From contig CAWJMB010000002.1 of assembly GCA_963843845.1 (NCBI GenBank), positions 928,001-992,000 on the forward strand: DNA of 64,000 bases, read 5' to 3'. Shown here one piece after another: positions 9,972 through 19,241 of the stretch. Positions within the stretch are counted from its first letter, which is position 1; every line of letters starts with the position of its first letter. Under the pieces are notes generated by a model. It was not told where the DNA came from, made no database searches, and worked only from the letters and a program-made list of their open reading frames with translations. Source of the stretch: an uncultured Gemmatimonadaceae bacterium (lineage in GTDB: Bacteria; Gemmatimonadota; Gemmatimonadetes; Gemmatimonadales; Gemmatimonadaceae). Both the position numbers and the translations under genes were made by a program.

Positions 9972-11206
9972 GCGCGCGCGGCGGCGGCGCGGGGCTGCGG
10001 CGCGGCGCGGTGATGCCGCTCATGCTGGTGATGATCGTCGCGCTCGTCGGCGCGGCGGCGCTCGCGATCGATGTCGCGCGCATGACGTGGACGGCGGCGG
10101 AGCTGCAGGCGGCGGCGGACGCGTCGGCGCTCGCGGCGGCGCGCGCCATCCAGACGTCGACGGCCGCGTCGCAGACGGCGACCGCGGCGAAGAACGGAGC
10201 GGCGTCGCTCGCGGCGCTCAACCGTGCGGGGAACGCGCCGGCCGTCGCGCTGCCGGCCGACGTGCTGCCGCTCCGCTACGACACCGCGGCGTCGCCGCGC
10301 ACGTCGTCGACGACGTGGGAGAGCACGACGCTCAACGCGGTGCAGGTCACGACGCGGGCGACGGCGACGCGGACGTTAGGCGGGATCTTCGACGGGGCGG
10401 CGCCCGTGCTGTCGCGCAAGTCGACCGCGTGGGTGGCGAGCGTCGTCGGCGCGAGCTGCGTCCGGCCGATCTCGCTGCCGTACTCGGACTTCTACAACAT
10501 CGTGTTCTTCGACACCTGGAACACGACGAACTGGGGCTCGGCGAACCTGACGCAGCCGATGCTCGCAGGGCTGCGCGACGTCGGGGCGAGCTGGCGGTCG
10601 CTCGTGCTGCCCGGGTACCCCAAGGTGCCGTCGAACTCGAGAATGAAGTTCGACACGTGGTGGCGGCCGCTCGACTACAACGGCGCGAACTCGATGACCG
10701 ACTTCGGCGATTGGATGCTCGGCCAGGACTGCGCCGACGCGGTCGCGAAGGTCGGCACCTACGTCCGCCCGCTCGACCGCTCGGTCGACACGTGGATCCC
10801 GGCGACGAACACGGCGATGGGGACCGCGTGCAACCTCCGCGGCGGCGGCGACGCGCACTGCTATGTGTCGAGCGGCAGCTCCGCGATCGGCGTCCGCATG
10901 CGCGCCGCGCTCACCGACGACGACTACAGCAGGCCGTACGGGTCGCAGGGCAGTCCGTGGCAGCTCACGCGCGGCGTCACGGTCGTGCGCATGATGTGCT
11001 ACTTCCGGTCGTCGAGCGACGTCTGCTCCGCGGTGTCGAACTTCGACGCCAGCGGGACGTGGTACCCGCCCTACAGTCAGACGACCGGCTATCCGGCGGG
11101 AACGATGATCGTGCTGCTCGACGGGCCGGCCGGGGTCGACATCACGCGAGACATGACGCTCGGAACGACCGTCGGGTTTGCGCAACGCATTCTCGTCGCG
11201 CAGTGA
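9968..11206 (+). CDS. TadG-like pilus protein with Cys-rich C-terminal domain
   Basis: RRG|AVMPLMLV..AIDVAR...ELQAAADASALAAA Tad N-terminal domain; last gene of the operon. Confidence 0.8.
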   Translation: MSARGGGAGLRRGAVMPLMLVMIVALVGAAALAIDVARMTWTAAELQAAADASALAAARAIQTSTAASQTATAAKNGAASLAALNRAGNAPAVALPADVLPLRYDTAASPRTSSTTWESTTLNAVQVTTRATATRTLGGIFDGAAPVLSRKSTAWVASVVGASCVRPISLPYSDFYNIVFFDTWNTTNWGSANLTQPMLAGLRDVGASWRSLVLPGYPKVPSNSRMKFDTWWRPLDYNGANSMTDFGDWMLGQDCADAVAKVGTYVRPLDRSVDTWIPATNTAMGTACNLRGGGDAHCYVSSGSSAIGVRMRAALTDDDYSRPYGSQGSPWQLTRGVTVVRMMCYFRSSSDVCSAVSNFDASGTWYPPYSQTTGYPAGTMIVLLDGPAGVDITRDMTLGTTVGFAQRILVAQ

Positions 11207-11245
11207 TCCTCGGCCGGGGGGGCGCTGCCTCCCCGCCGCCGGACG

Positions 11246-12613
11246 TCAGGCAGGCTGCCGAATCCACCGCAGAATCTCCGGAATCGTCGGCCGCTTCCCG
11301 TACATCAGCAGCCCGATCCGATAGATCCTCGCCGCGACCCAGATCGCGCCGACCGCCGTCAGCGCGACCCCGAGCACCGTGAGCCCCGCCTCGAGTGCCG
11401 AGACGCTCGTGAGCCCCATGCGCAGCGGCATGAGGATGGGCGCGGTGAGCGGGAACCACGACATCGCCTTCGCCAGCGTCGTGTCCGGGTTCGTCATCAC
11501 CACCTGAATCAGCACCGCGCTCGCGATGAGCGGCAGCATCACCGGGAACGCCGCCGACTGCGCCTCCTGCTCGCTGTTCACCGTCGCCCCGACCGCCGCG
11601 AACAGCGCCGAGTAGAGCAGGTAGCCGAGGATGAAGAACAACACGTAGGCCGCGCCCGCCGCGAACGTGAGGTGCGGCATCGCCATCCCTGCCATCGCCG
11701 AGTCGGCTGCCTGTGCCGCCTGCGCGTTCTGCGGCGACATCATCCCCGGCGTGCGCCCCATGATGATCGGCACCAGGTAGCCGCCGAGTCCGATCGAGCT
11801 CGCGATCCACACCGCGACCTGCACGAGCGCGACGCCGCCGACGCCGAGGATCTTGCCGGCCATGAGAATCTCCGGCCGGACGCTCGACACCACGACCTCG
11901 GCGACGCGCGACGTCTTCTCCTCCATCACGCCGCGCAGCACGTTCTGCCCGTAGAGAATGAGCAGGATGTAGAGCATGAACGCGAGGATGAGCCCGAAGA
12001 TCAGGCTCCCCGACCCCGAGCCGCCGCGGCCCTGGTCGGTGATGCGCTCGGTCGGCATCTGCAGGCGGGATCCGGTGAGCTCCGCCGCCCGCTCGGGGGT
12101 GAGGCCCCCCTCGCGCTCGAGCCGCAGGATCGTGAGCTGACGCCGAACGGCATCGCGGAGGCGGCCGTTGTCGGCGATGCTCGATGCGTTGCGGCCGGCG
12201 TACCGCGCACGCTGTCCGGCGAGCGTCGCCGAGTCGACCACGAGGTAGCCGCGTCGCTCTCTGCGCACGACCTCGGCCGTCGCCAGGCTCTCGGCGAACG
12301 CGACGCGGCTCGGCGCGACGCGGCGCACCTCGGCGAGTGTCGACGCACCCGCGGGCGCTCCCGGCGTCGAGTCCCGGAGCGCCGCGGCGATCCGCTCGCC
12401 GAGTCCCGCGCCGGTCGCATCGATGATGACGATGTTCGCGACGTCGGTGTTCGCGCGGCCGCGAACGGCCATCATCGCCGGCACGATCGTGATCGCGGCG
12501 AAGAACACGGGGCCGATCAGCGTGCCGATGATGAACCACTTCGTGCGCACGCGCTCGAGATACTCGCGCTTGACGATCGCCGAGAGCTTCGGGAACCAGG
12601 GCGACTCAGCCAT
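11246..12613 (-). CDS. ABC-2 type exporter permease (NatB/YhaP-like)
   Basis: REYLERVRTKWF, VMEEKTSRVAEV, GKILG, AAVGATVNSEQEAQ, RIYRIGLLMYGK. Confidence 0.88.
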   Translation of the reverse strand: MAESPWFPKLSAIVKREYLERVRTKWFIIGTLIGPVFFAAITIVPAMMAVRGRANTDVANIVIIDATGAGLGERIAAALRDSTPGAPAGASTLAEVRRVAPSRVAFAESLATAEVVRRERRGYLVVDSATLAGQRARYAGRNASSIADNGRLRDAVRRQLTILRLEREGGLTPERAAELTGSRLQMPTERITDQGRGGSGSGSLIFGLILAFMLYILLILYGQNVLRGVMEEKTSRVAEVVVSSVRPEILMAGKILGVGGVALVQVAVWIASSIGLGGYLVPIIMGRTPGMMSPQNAQAAQAADSAMAGMAMPHLTFAAGAAYVLFFILGYLLYSALFAAVGATVNSEQEAQSAAFPVMLPLIASAVLIQVVMTNPDTTLAKAMSWFPLTAPILMPLRMGLTSVSALEAGLTVLGVALTAVGAIWVAARIYRIGLLMYGKRPTIPEILRWIRQPA

Positions 12614-13583
12614 GACCGCTCATCCCCTCCTCGACGCCGGTGGCGCCGACTTTCTCTAGGAAGATCTGGTGCAGCGACGGCTGCACGAGCTCGAAGCGCG
12701 TGACGATCGCGCCGGCGCTCATGAGACGCTGCAGCAGCGCCTGTGCGCTCGCGCCGTCGGCGAGCTCGATCTCGAAGAACCGGTTCTGGTCGTCGGCGCG
12801 CCGCACGAGCGTCGCGTCGGCCAGCACCCGGTCGACGTCCGCATTCGCGCCGTTCATCGCGAGCCGGTCGATGCCTAACGCGACGTGGCGGCCACCGTGC
12901 GCCGTCTTCACCTCGGCCACGCCGCCGTCGAGCACCTTCTCGCCGCGCGCGATGATGCACACCGAGTCGCACAGCCGCTCGGCGTTGTCCATCAGGTGCG
13001 TCCTGAAGATCACCGTCTTGCCGCGCTGCCGGAGATCGACGACCGTGTCCTTGAGCGCCTGCGCGTTGATCGGGTCGAGGCCGCTGAACGGCTCGTCGAG
13101 GATCACGAGGTCGGGGTCGTGCAGCAGCGTGCCGATGAACTGCACCTTCTGCTGCATGCCGCGCGACAGCTCGTCGACCTTCGACTCGCCCCAGTCCTTC
13201 TCGGGCGTCTTGAGCGACAGCCGCTCCAGCCACTCGTCGATGCGCGCGTCGGCATCCTTCGCGCGCATCCCCTTCAGCTCGGCGAGGAACCGCAGCACGC
13301 GCCGCACCTGCATCTTCTTGTACAGGCCGCGCTCTTCGGGCAGGTAGCCGATGCGGTCGAGGATCCCCGGCTCGGAACTCGGTCGGCCGAACAGCTGAAT
13401 CGACCCCTCGTCGGGAGCGATGATGTTGAGCATCATGCGGATGGTCGTCGTCTTGCCGGCGCCGTTCGGGCCGAGCAGGCCGTAGACGGTGCCGCGCGGC
13501 ACCGTCAGCGACAGGTCGCGAACCGCCATGTGCTCGGCGTAGCGTTTGACGACGTGTCGGACGTCGATCGCAGTGTCGGTCAT
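12606..13583 (-). CDS. ABC exporter ATP-binding protein (DUF4162-type tail)
   Basis: GPNGAGKTT, LSRGMQQK, ILDEPFSGLDP, PSLHQIF; ATG at 13583. Confidence 0.92.
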   Translation of the reverse strand: MTDTAIDVRHVVKRYAEHMAVRDLSLTVPRGTVYGLLGPNGAGKTTTIRMMLNIIAPDEGSIQLFGRPSSEPGILDRIGYLPEERGLYKKMQVRRVLRFLAELKGMRAKDADARIDEWLERLSLKTPEKDWGESKVDELSRGMQQKVQFIGTLLHDPDLVILDEPFSGLDPINAQALKDTVVDLRQRGKTVIFRTHLMDNAERLCDSVCIIARGEKVLDGGVAEVKTAHGGRHVALGIDRLAMNGANADVDRVLADATLVRRADDQNRFFEIELADGASAQALLQRLMSAGAIVTRFELVQPSLHQIFLEKVGATGVEEGMSGHG

Positions 13584-13656
13584 GGTTGGAAACGAGGAGA
13601 GATCCCGCGAGGGGATGGCGAACGAACGATACCCATACGAGTCGGCGGCGCGCACG

Positions 13657-14451
13657 GTGACAGCGCGAGGCGGCGTGGCCGCGAGGAACGTGGCCGCGGT
13701 CGTCGGGGCGCTCCTCGCGAGCCTGCTGCTGCTCTTCCTCGCCGGTCCGCTCTTCGGCATCGTGGCGCGCGGTGGCGTCGCCGGCCTGCGGCTCCTCGTC
13801 GACGACCGCGAGCTGCGCGGCGCACTCGCGCTCACCGCCGTCGCGGCGACGACGACGACGGCACTCGCGGCGCTGCTCGGAACGCCGCTCGCGTGGTGGC
13901 TCGCGCGCCGCACCTTCCGCGGTCGCGCCGTCGTCGACGCGCTGCTCGACCTTCCGATCCTGCTGCCGCATCCGGTCGCCGGCATCGCGCTCCTGCTCGT
14001 GCTCGGCCGCGGCACCCCGCTCGGCGCGCGGCTGCTCGACCTCGGTGTGCGCGTCGTGGGGACGCCGGCCGGCACGGTGTGCGCGATGCTGTTCGTCGCC
14101 GCGCCGCTCTACGTCAGCGCGGCGCGAGAAGCGTTCGCGCGCGTCGACCCGAGCTACGAGCTCGTCGCGCGCACGTTGGGCGCGAACGCGTGGACGGCGT
14201 TCCGGCGCGTCTCGCTCCCCCTCGCGCGGCGCGGGTTGATTGCGGGAGCGGCCGTGACGTGGACGCGCGCGGTGAGCGAGTTCGGGGCGGTCATCGTGCT
14301 CGCGTACAACCCGAAGGTCGTGAGCGTGTTGAGCTACGAGCGGCTCACGGGGTACGGGCTGAGCGAGGCGCTGCCGGTCGCGGCGGCGCTGCTGCTCGTG
14401 AGCCTGGTGCCGCTGACGGCGCTGCGCGTACTGCGCGGCCCGCGCCCCTGA
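13657..14451 (+). CDS. ModB/WtpB-like molybdate/tungstate/sulfate ABC permease
   Basis: LLDLPILLPHPVAGIALL, EAA-loop YELVARTLGA, RAVSEFGA; start uncertain (GTG 13657 or ATG 13615). Confidence 0.8.
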   Translation: MTARGGVAARNVAAVVGALLASLLLLFLAGPLFGIVARGGVAGLRLLVDDRELRGALALTAVAATTTTALAALLGTPLAWWLARRTFRGRAVVDALLDLPILLPHPVAGIALLLVLGRGTPLGARLLDLGVRVVGTPAGTVCAMLFVAAPLYVSAAREAFARVDPSYELVARTLGANAWTAFRRVSLPLARRGLIAGAAVTWTRAVSEFGAVIVLAYNPKVVSVLSYERLTGYGLSEALPVAAALLLVSLVPLTALRVLRGPRP

Positions 14452-14464
14452 CTCCCCCTCACGC

Positions 14465-14938
14465 GTGGCGTCGCTCCTCGCCGTCGACCTCGGCGTCCGT
14501 ACCGGGCTCGCGGCCTACGGTGACGACGGCGCGCTCCGCTGGTACCGCTCGCAGAACTTCGGCTCCGCGCAGCGCCTGAAGCGCGCGATCCCCGCGCTGC
14601 TCGACGCCGAGCCCGACCTCACGCGCCTCGTGCTCGAGGGAGGTGGCCCGCTCGAACGACTGTGGCGAGTCGAGGGCGAGGCGCGTGGACTCGTCGTCCA
14701 GCAGGTGAGCGCGGAAGCATGGCGCGCCGTCTTCCTGCTGCCGCGCGAGCAGCGCAGCGGGGCACAGGCGAAGCGTACGGCGGGCGCGCTCGCTCGCGCC
14801 GTCATCGAGTGGTCGGGGGCGCGCCGCCCGACGTCGCTGCGCCACGACGCCGCCGAGGCGATCCTCGTCGGCCTGTGGGGCACGCTGAGCGCCGGCTGGC
14901 TCCGCGCGCTCCCGCCGAGCATCCTTCGCGCAGGATGA
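14465..14938 (+). CDS. Hypothetical protein, RNase H/RuvC-like fold
   Basis: LLAVDLGVRTGLA, LVLEG, HDAAEAIL: acidic residues spaced as in RuvC. Confidence 0.5.
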   Translation: MASLLAVDLGVRTGLAAYGDDGALRWYRSQNFGSAQRLKRAIPALLDAEPDLTRLVLEGGGPLERLWRVEGEARGLVVQQVSAEAWRAVFLLPREQRSGAQAKRTAGALARAVIEWSGARRPTSLRHDAAEAILVGLWGTLSAGWLRALPPSILRAG

Positions 14939-15444
14939 GTCAGCAGAGCCCTCGGAAGAGCAGTGAGCCGCGCCATCGCGGGGCGGTGCCGAACGACGAG
15001 CGCCGCCCGTTCGGCCGGCTGTGGCCGTGGGGTGCGGTCGCGAGCGCGGCCGTCGTCGGGGTCGCGTTGGGCCTCTGGGGCGTGCTCCGCAGCCCCGGCC
15101 GCGATGCCCCGCCGCCAGCGGACGAGCTCTCCACGTGGTGGCGCGTCGCGCAGGTCGCGGCGGTCATGAGCGTCATGCTGTTCCTCGGCCTGCTCGCGTG
15201 GCGCCGCCATGGGCCGCCTCCGGGAAGTGGCCGGCCGCCGCTCGAGAACGGACTCGTCGCGTTCGGCGTGCCGTTCGGCGCGGTGATGGGCATCCGCCAG
15301 GCGCTGCTCCACGTCGGCGGCTTCTCGCTCGGCGCGCTCGGACGCGAGGGGTTCTGGTGGGGGCTCGCCTCGGGGCTCACGATCAGCGTCCCGATCGCGT
15401 TGTGGGCGGGGGCCGTGTTCGGACGATTCCTGAAGCGGCGTTAG
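14935..15444 (+). CDS. Hypothetical membrane protein (~4 TM)
   Basis: ATG 14935 overlaps the upstream stop; hydrophobic segments. Confidence 0.55.
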   Translation: MSQQSPRKSSEPRHRGAVPNDERRPFGRLWPWGAVASAAVVGVALGLWGVLRSPGRDAPPPADELSTWWRVAQVAAVMSVMLFLGLLAWRRHGPPPGSGRPPLENGLVAFGVPFGAVMGIRQALLHVGGFSLGALGREGFWWGLASGLTISVPIALWAGAVFGRFLKRR

Positions 15445-15474
15445 GCACGACCGCGACGGCAGGGTCGCGGCGAC

Positions 15475-16155
15475 TCAGGGTTCGACGCGCGCGATCGGCC
15501 GGCCCAGCTTCCGCTCGAGGCGCGCGACGAGACGGTCGCCCGCGTAGCGCACGACGAGGCCCAACACGCCGAAGCGTCCGATCCTGCCGAACGCGAGCGC
15601 CGCGAGGTACGGCGCGAAGGGCACGCCGAACGTCCCCGCGCCCATGCAGACGAACTTCGTCGACAGCGGCGACACGGTGCTGAGCAGCACGAGCGCGGCG
15701 CCGTGTCGTCGAAACAGTCCGGCGAGCGACGCCCACCGTGCGTCGCTCACGCCGAACAGCCCGAGCAGCGGACGCCCGACCCCCTCGAACGCGTAGCGCC
15801 CGATGCCGAACGCGATGAGCCCACCGGCGATCGCGCCGACCGCGGCCCACGCGGCGAGTCGCAGCGCGCGACGCGGATCGGCGAGGCCCAGCGGCAGGAA
15901 GAGCGCCTCGCTCGGCCCCGGCACGACCGATCCCTGCAAGCAGCCCCACGTGCACACTGCTCCCCCCGCCGACCCCGACTCGGCCCACCGGTGCAGGCGC
16001 GCGATCAGGCCGAAGAGCGCGCGCCGAACACGGCCGCCGGCGCGCGCATCGCGATGGTCGCGCTGCGGCGCAGTGCTCGAAGGCGCTGTGCCCCCGAGCG
16101 CAGTGCCCCGAGGCGCGGCGCCGTCAGGCGGCGTCACGAGCGAGCGTCTGTCCAC
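15475..16155 (-). CDS. YqaA/DedA (VTT domain) membrane protein
   Basis: GSVVPGPSEALFLPL, SPLSTKFV..GAG.FG, GRIGRF. Confidence 0.75.
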   Translation of the reverse strand: MDRRSLVTPPDGAAPRGTALGGTAPSSTAPQRDHRDARAGGRVRRALFGLIARLHRWAESGSAGGAVCTWGCLQGSVVPGPSEALFLPLGLADPRRALRLAAWAAVGAIAGGLIAFGIGRYAFEGVGRPLLGLFGVSDARWASLAGLFRRHGAALVLLSTVSPLSTKFVCMGAGTFGVPFAPYLAALAFGRIGRFGVLGLVVRYAGDRLVARLERKLGRPIARVEP

Positions 16156-16888
16156 GGGCGAGCCGCGCCTGACCGGTCGGGCAGAGATCGAGCACGACGC
16201 ACCGCTCGCACGCGGGACGCTGATAGAAGCAGCACTGCTGGCCGTGCAGCATCAGCGCCTCGTGATTGTCGTAGACCGTCTGCGCGTCCCACTCCGGCGG
16301 CAACTGCGCGGCGAGCACGGCGTGCGCCGGTCCGACCGCCACGCCCGCCGGCAGCAATCCGAGCCGCTCGGCGACGCGGTGGTGATGACTGTCGACGGGG
16401 AGCGCCGGCATGTGCAGGCGGCTGAAGAGCAACGTCGCGGCGCTCGTCTTCGGCCCGACGCCGGTGATCGACTCGAGCCAGGCGCGCGCCTCCGGCACCG
16501 GCAGCGCGCTGAGGAAGTCGAGCGCGTCGTCGCCCAACGAACCGCGCCGCTCGCCGATCTCGCGCAAGACGGCCTGGATGCGCGGCGCCTTCTGCTCCGG
16601 CCACGTGACCGGCGCGATCGCCGTCTCGACCTCGCTCGTCGGCGCGTCGCGCACCGCGTCCCAGGCGGGGAACCGTCGACGGAGCTGCTTGAACGCGCGT
16701 CCCGAGTCGGCGTTGCGAGTGCGGTGCGAGAGCAGCGACGACACGAGCTCGCTCAGCGGGTCGAGCTCGTGAAAGTACGGCACGGGGCAGCCGTACTCGG
16801 CGCACAGTCGTTCGTGCACGGCGAGCGCCTTCGCGCGCACCTCCGGCGCGATCTCGATCGTCGTCGACTTCGTGGTCGCCCGTGGCAT
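16124..16888 (-). CDS. nth: Endonuclease III family HhH-GPD DNA glycosylase with 4Fe-4S loop
   Basis: LLSHRT, ITGVGPKTS, PVDSHHHRV, CCFYQRPACERCVVLDLC. Confidence 0.85.
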   Translation of the reverse strand: MPRATTKSTTIEIAPEVRAKALAVHERLCAEYGCPVPYFHELDPLSELVSSLLSHRTRNADSGRAFKQLRRRFPAWDAVRDAPTSEVETAIAPVTWPEQKAPRIQAVLREIGERRGSLGDDALDFLSALPVPEARAWLESITGVGPKTSAATLLFSRLHMPALPVDSHHHRVAERLGLLPAGVAVGPAHAVLAAQLPPEWDAQTVYDNHEALMLHGQQCCFYQRPACERCVVLDLCPTGQARLARGQTLARDAA

Positions 16889-17020
16889 CCCTGCCTCCCG
16901 TCCTCCCTGAAAGGGAAGGCAGAGAAGTCATGACTTGTGCCGCGCCGCGCCCGGGGCGCCGAGAGGCCGGTGCCGGCCGCCGCGACGAACCCGGCCCCGC
17001 CGGCCCGCCGCCGACCGTGG

Positions 17021-17521
17021 CTAGTCGAGCGCCTCGGCGAGGGCGCTCCACGCGAGCGTCGCGCACTGCACGCGGTTCGGGAACCGCGCGACGCCGCTGA
17101 GTGCGCGCAGCTCGCCTAACGCCGGGTCGGCCGCCGCCGCCGCGTCGCCGCGCATCATCGCCGAGAACCGCGCGAGCAGCGCGCGCGCCTCGTCGCGCGA
17201 GCGGCCGCGCACGGTCTGGGTCAGCATCGACGCGGACGCCTGCGAGATCGAGCAGCCCTGGCCGGTGAAGCGCACCTCCCCGACGTTGCCGCCGGCGTCG
17301 AACGTCACGGCGAGCGCGAGCTCGTCGCCGCAGAGCGGGTTGCGGCGCGCGGCGCGGTGCACGTTCGGCGCGTCGTCGACCGGCCCCTTGTTCCGCGGGC
17401 GGCGGTAGTGGTCGAGGATCAGCTCCTGGTAGATCGCCGAGAGCTGCGCGTCGTCCCGCGGCGGCGCGGCGTGCGACCCGACGGCGGCCGGCGCGCCGGC
17501 CGCCGCGTCGTCAGCCGACAC
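17021..17521 (-). CDS. sufU: SufU (NifU/IscU-like) paralog 2
   Basis: YQELILDHYRRPRN, NPLCGD, GCSISQASAS, RVQCATLAW. Confidence 0.9.
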   Translation of the reverse strand: MSADDAAAGAPAAVGSHAAPPRDDAQLSAIYQELILDHYRRPRNKGPVDDAPNVHRAARRNPLCGDELALAVTFDAGGNVGEVRFTGQGCSISQASASMLTQTVRGRSRDEARALLARFSAMMRGDAAAAADPALGELRALSGVARFPNRVQCATLAWSALAEALD

Positions 17522-18747
17522 CGGCGAACAGTTGCTGGGCGGCGCGCACGCCCGCGACGAGCGCGTCGACGTCGGCCGCATCGTTGTAGACGTAGAACGA
17601 CGCGCGCGTCGTCGCCGGAACGCCGAGGCGGCGCATGAGCGGCTGCGCGCAGTGGTGGCCGGCGCGCACGCAGACGTCGTGCTGGTCGAGGATCGTCGCG
17701 AGGTCGTGCGGGTGCACGTCGGCGAGCGAGAAGCTGACGACGCCGCTCCGCCGTTCGGGCGCCGGGCCGTGGATCGTCAGGCCCTCGACCTCGGCGAGGC
17801 GCTCGGTCGCGAGGCGGACGAGGTGCCGCTCGTGCGCGAGCACCCGGTCCATGCCCAACGCATCCAGATAGTCGCACGCCGCGGCGAGCCCCACGGCGTC
17901 GGCCACGTTCGGCGTTCCCGCCTCGAACTTGTGCGGCAGCACGTTCCACGTGCTCGTCTCGTCGTGCACCCACTCGATCATGTCGCCGCCGAACTGGTAG
18001 GGCGACATCGCCTCGAGCAGCGCGCGCCGCCCGACCAGCACGCCGATCCCCATCGGCCCACACAGCTTGTGACCGCTGAACGCGTAGAAGTCGACGCCGA
18101 GCGCGTCGAACGCCACGGGGAGGTGCGGCGCGCCCTGCGCGCCATCGCAGACGATGACGGCGTGCGTGCGCTCGCGCACCAGCGCCACGAGCTCGCGCAC
18201 CGGGTTCACCGTGCCCAGCGCGTTCGACACGTGCGGAAAGACGACGACCTTCGTCCGCGCGGAGAGCAGCGACGCGAGTGCGGCCGACGTCGATCTCGCC
18301 ATCGTCGGTGAGCGGCACGATGCGGAAGTGCGCGCCGCGCTCGAGCGCGAGCTGCTGCCACGGAACGAAGTTGGCGTGGTGGTCCATCGCCGTGACGACG
18401 ACGTCGTCTCCCGCCTGCACGTTCGCGCGCCCCCACGCCGCCGCGACGAGGTTCAGCGCCTCGGTGGTGCCGCGGGTGAAGAGCAGCGTGTCGGCGTCCG
18501 CGACCCCGACGAAGCGCGCGACGCGCGCGCGCGCGCCGTGGTAGCGGTCCGTCGCCGCGGCGCTCAGGCGGTAGGCGCCGCGGTGCGGGTTCGCGTTGTC
18601 GTGCGTGTAGTACGCCGTCATCGCGTCGAGCACGGCGCGCGGCTTCTGCGTCGTCGCCGCGGAGTCGAGGTAGTGCAGCGCGGGGTGCGCGGCGAGCAGC
18701 GGAAAGTCGCTGCGCGGCGCGAGCGCGTGCCGGCCGTCCGCCGTCAT
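17511..18747 (-). CDS. sufS: Cysteine desulfurase SufS, one frameshift near 18285
   Basis: YLDSAATTQKP, FTRGTTEALN, FSGHKLCGP (PLP Lys), RAGHHCAQPL; the two halves are in different frames. Confidence 0.9.
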
Positions 18748-19241
18748 TCGGTCGTCACCGCGTCCGGGACGTCGTGCGCGCGGTCGTCGGCGTTCGCGAG
18801 CGCCGCCCGCAGCGTGTGCCACGCGAGGCTCGCGCACTTCACGCGCACCGGGAAGCGCGACACGCCCGAGAGCGCCGCGAGGGCGCCTAACGCTTCGCGG
18901 TCGCCCGGCTGCGCGACGCCGGCGGCGGACGCGGCCGGCGACGTGCCCGTCAGCATCGCGTGCACCCGGTCGAACGTCGCCGCCGCCTCGCTCCGCGTGC
19001 GCCCCTTCGTGGCCTGCGTCATGAGCGACGCCGAGGCCTGCGAGATCGCGCACCCCTGGCCCACGAACCGGACGTCGGCGAGCGTGTCGCCGTCGAGCTT
19101 CACCCACACCGTGAGGTGGTCGCCGCACAGCGGATTCTTCCCGTCGGCCTGCGCCGTCGCGTCGCCCAGCTCGCCGCGGTTGCGCGGGCGGCGGTTGTGG
19201 TCGAGGATGACCGACTGATACAGCTCGGCGAGGTCGGTCAC
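18744..19241 (-). CDS. sufU: SufU (NifU/IscU-like) paralog 1
   Basis: LYQSVILDHNRRPRN, NPLCGD, GCAISQASAS, RVKCASLAW. Confidence 0.9.
   Translation of the reverse strand: MTDLAELYQSVILDHNRRPRNRGELGDATAQADGKNPLCGDHLTVWVKLDGDTLADVRFVGQGCAISQASASLMTQATKGRTRSEAAATFDRVHAMLTGTSPAASAAGVAQPGDREALGALAALSGVSRFPVRVKCASLAWHTLRAALANADDRAHDVPDAVTTE

Noticed and set aside
17511..18747. Programmed frameshifting in sufS or the ferredoxin
   Set aside because: No slippery heptamer seen; similar single-base indels are scattered across the window
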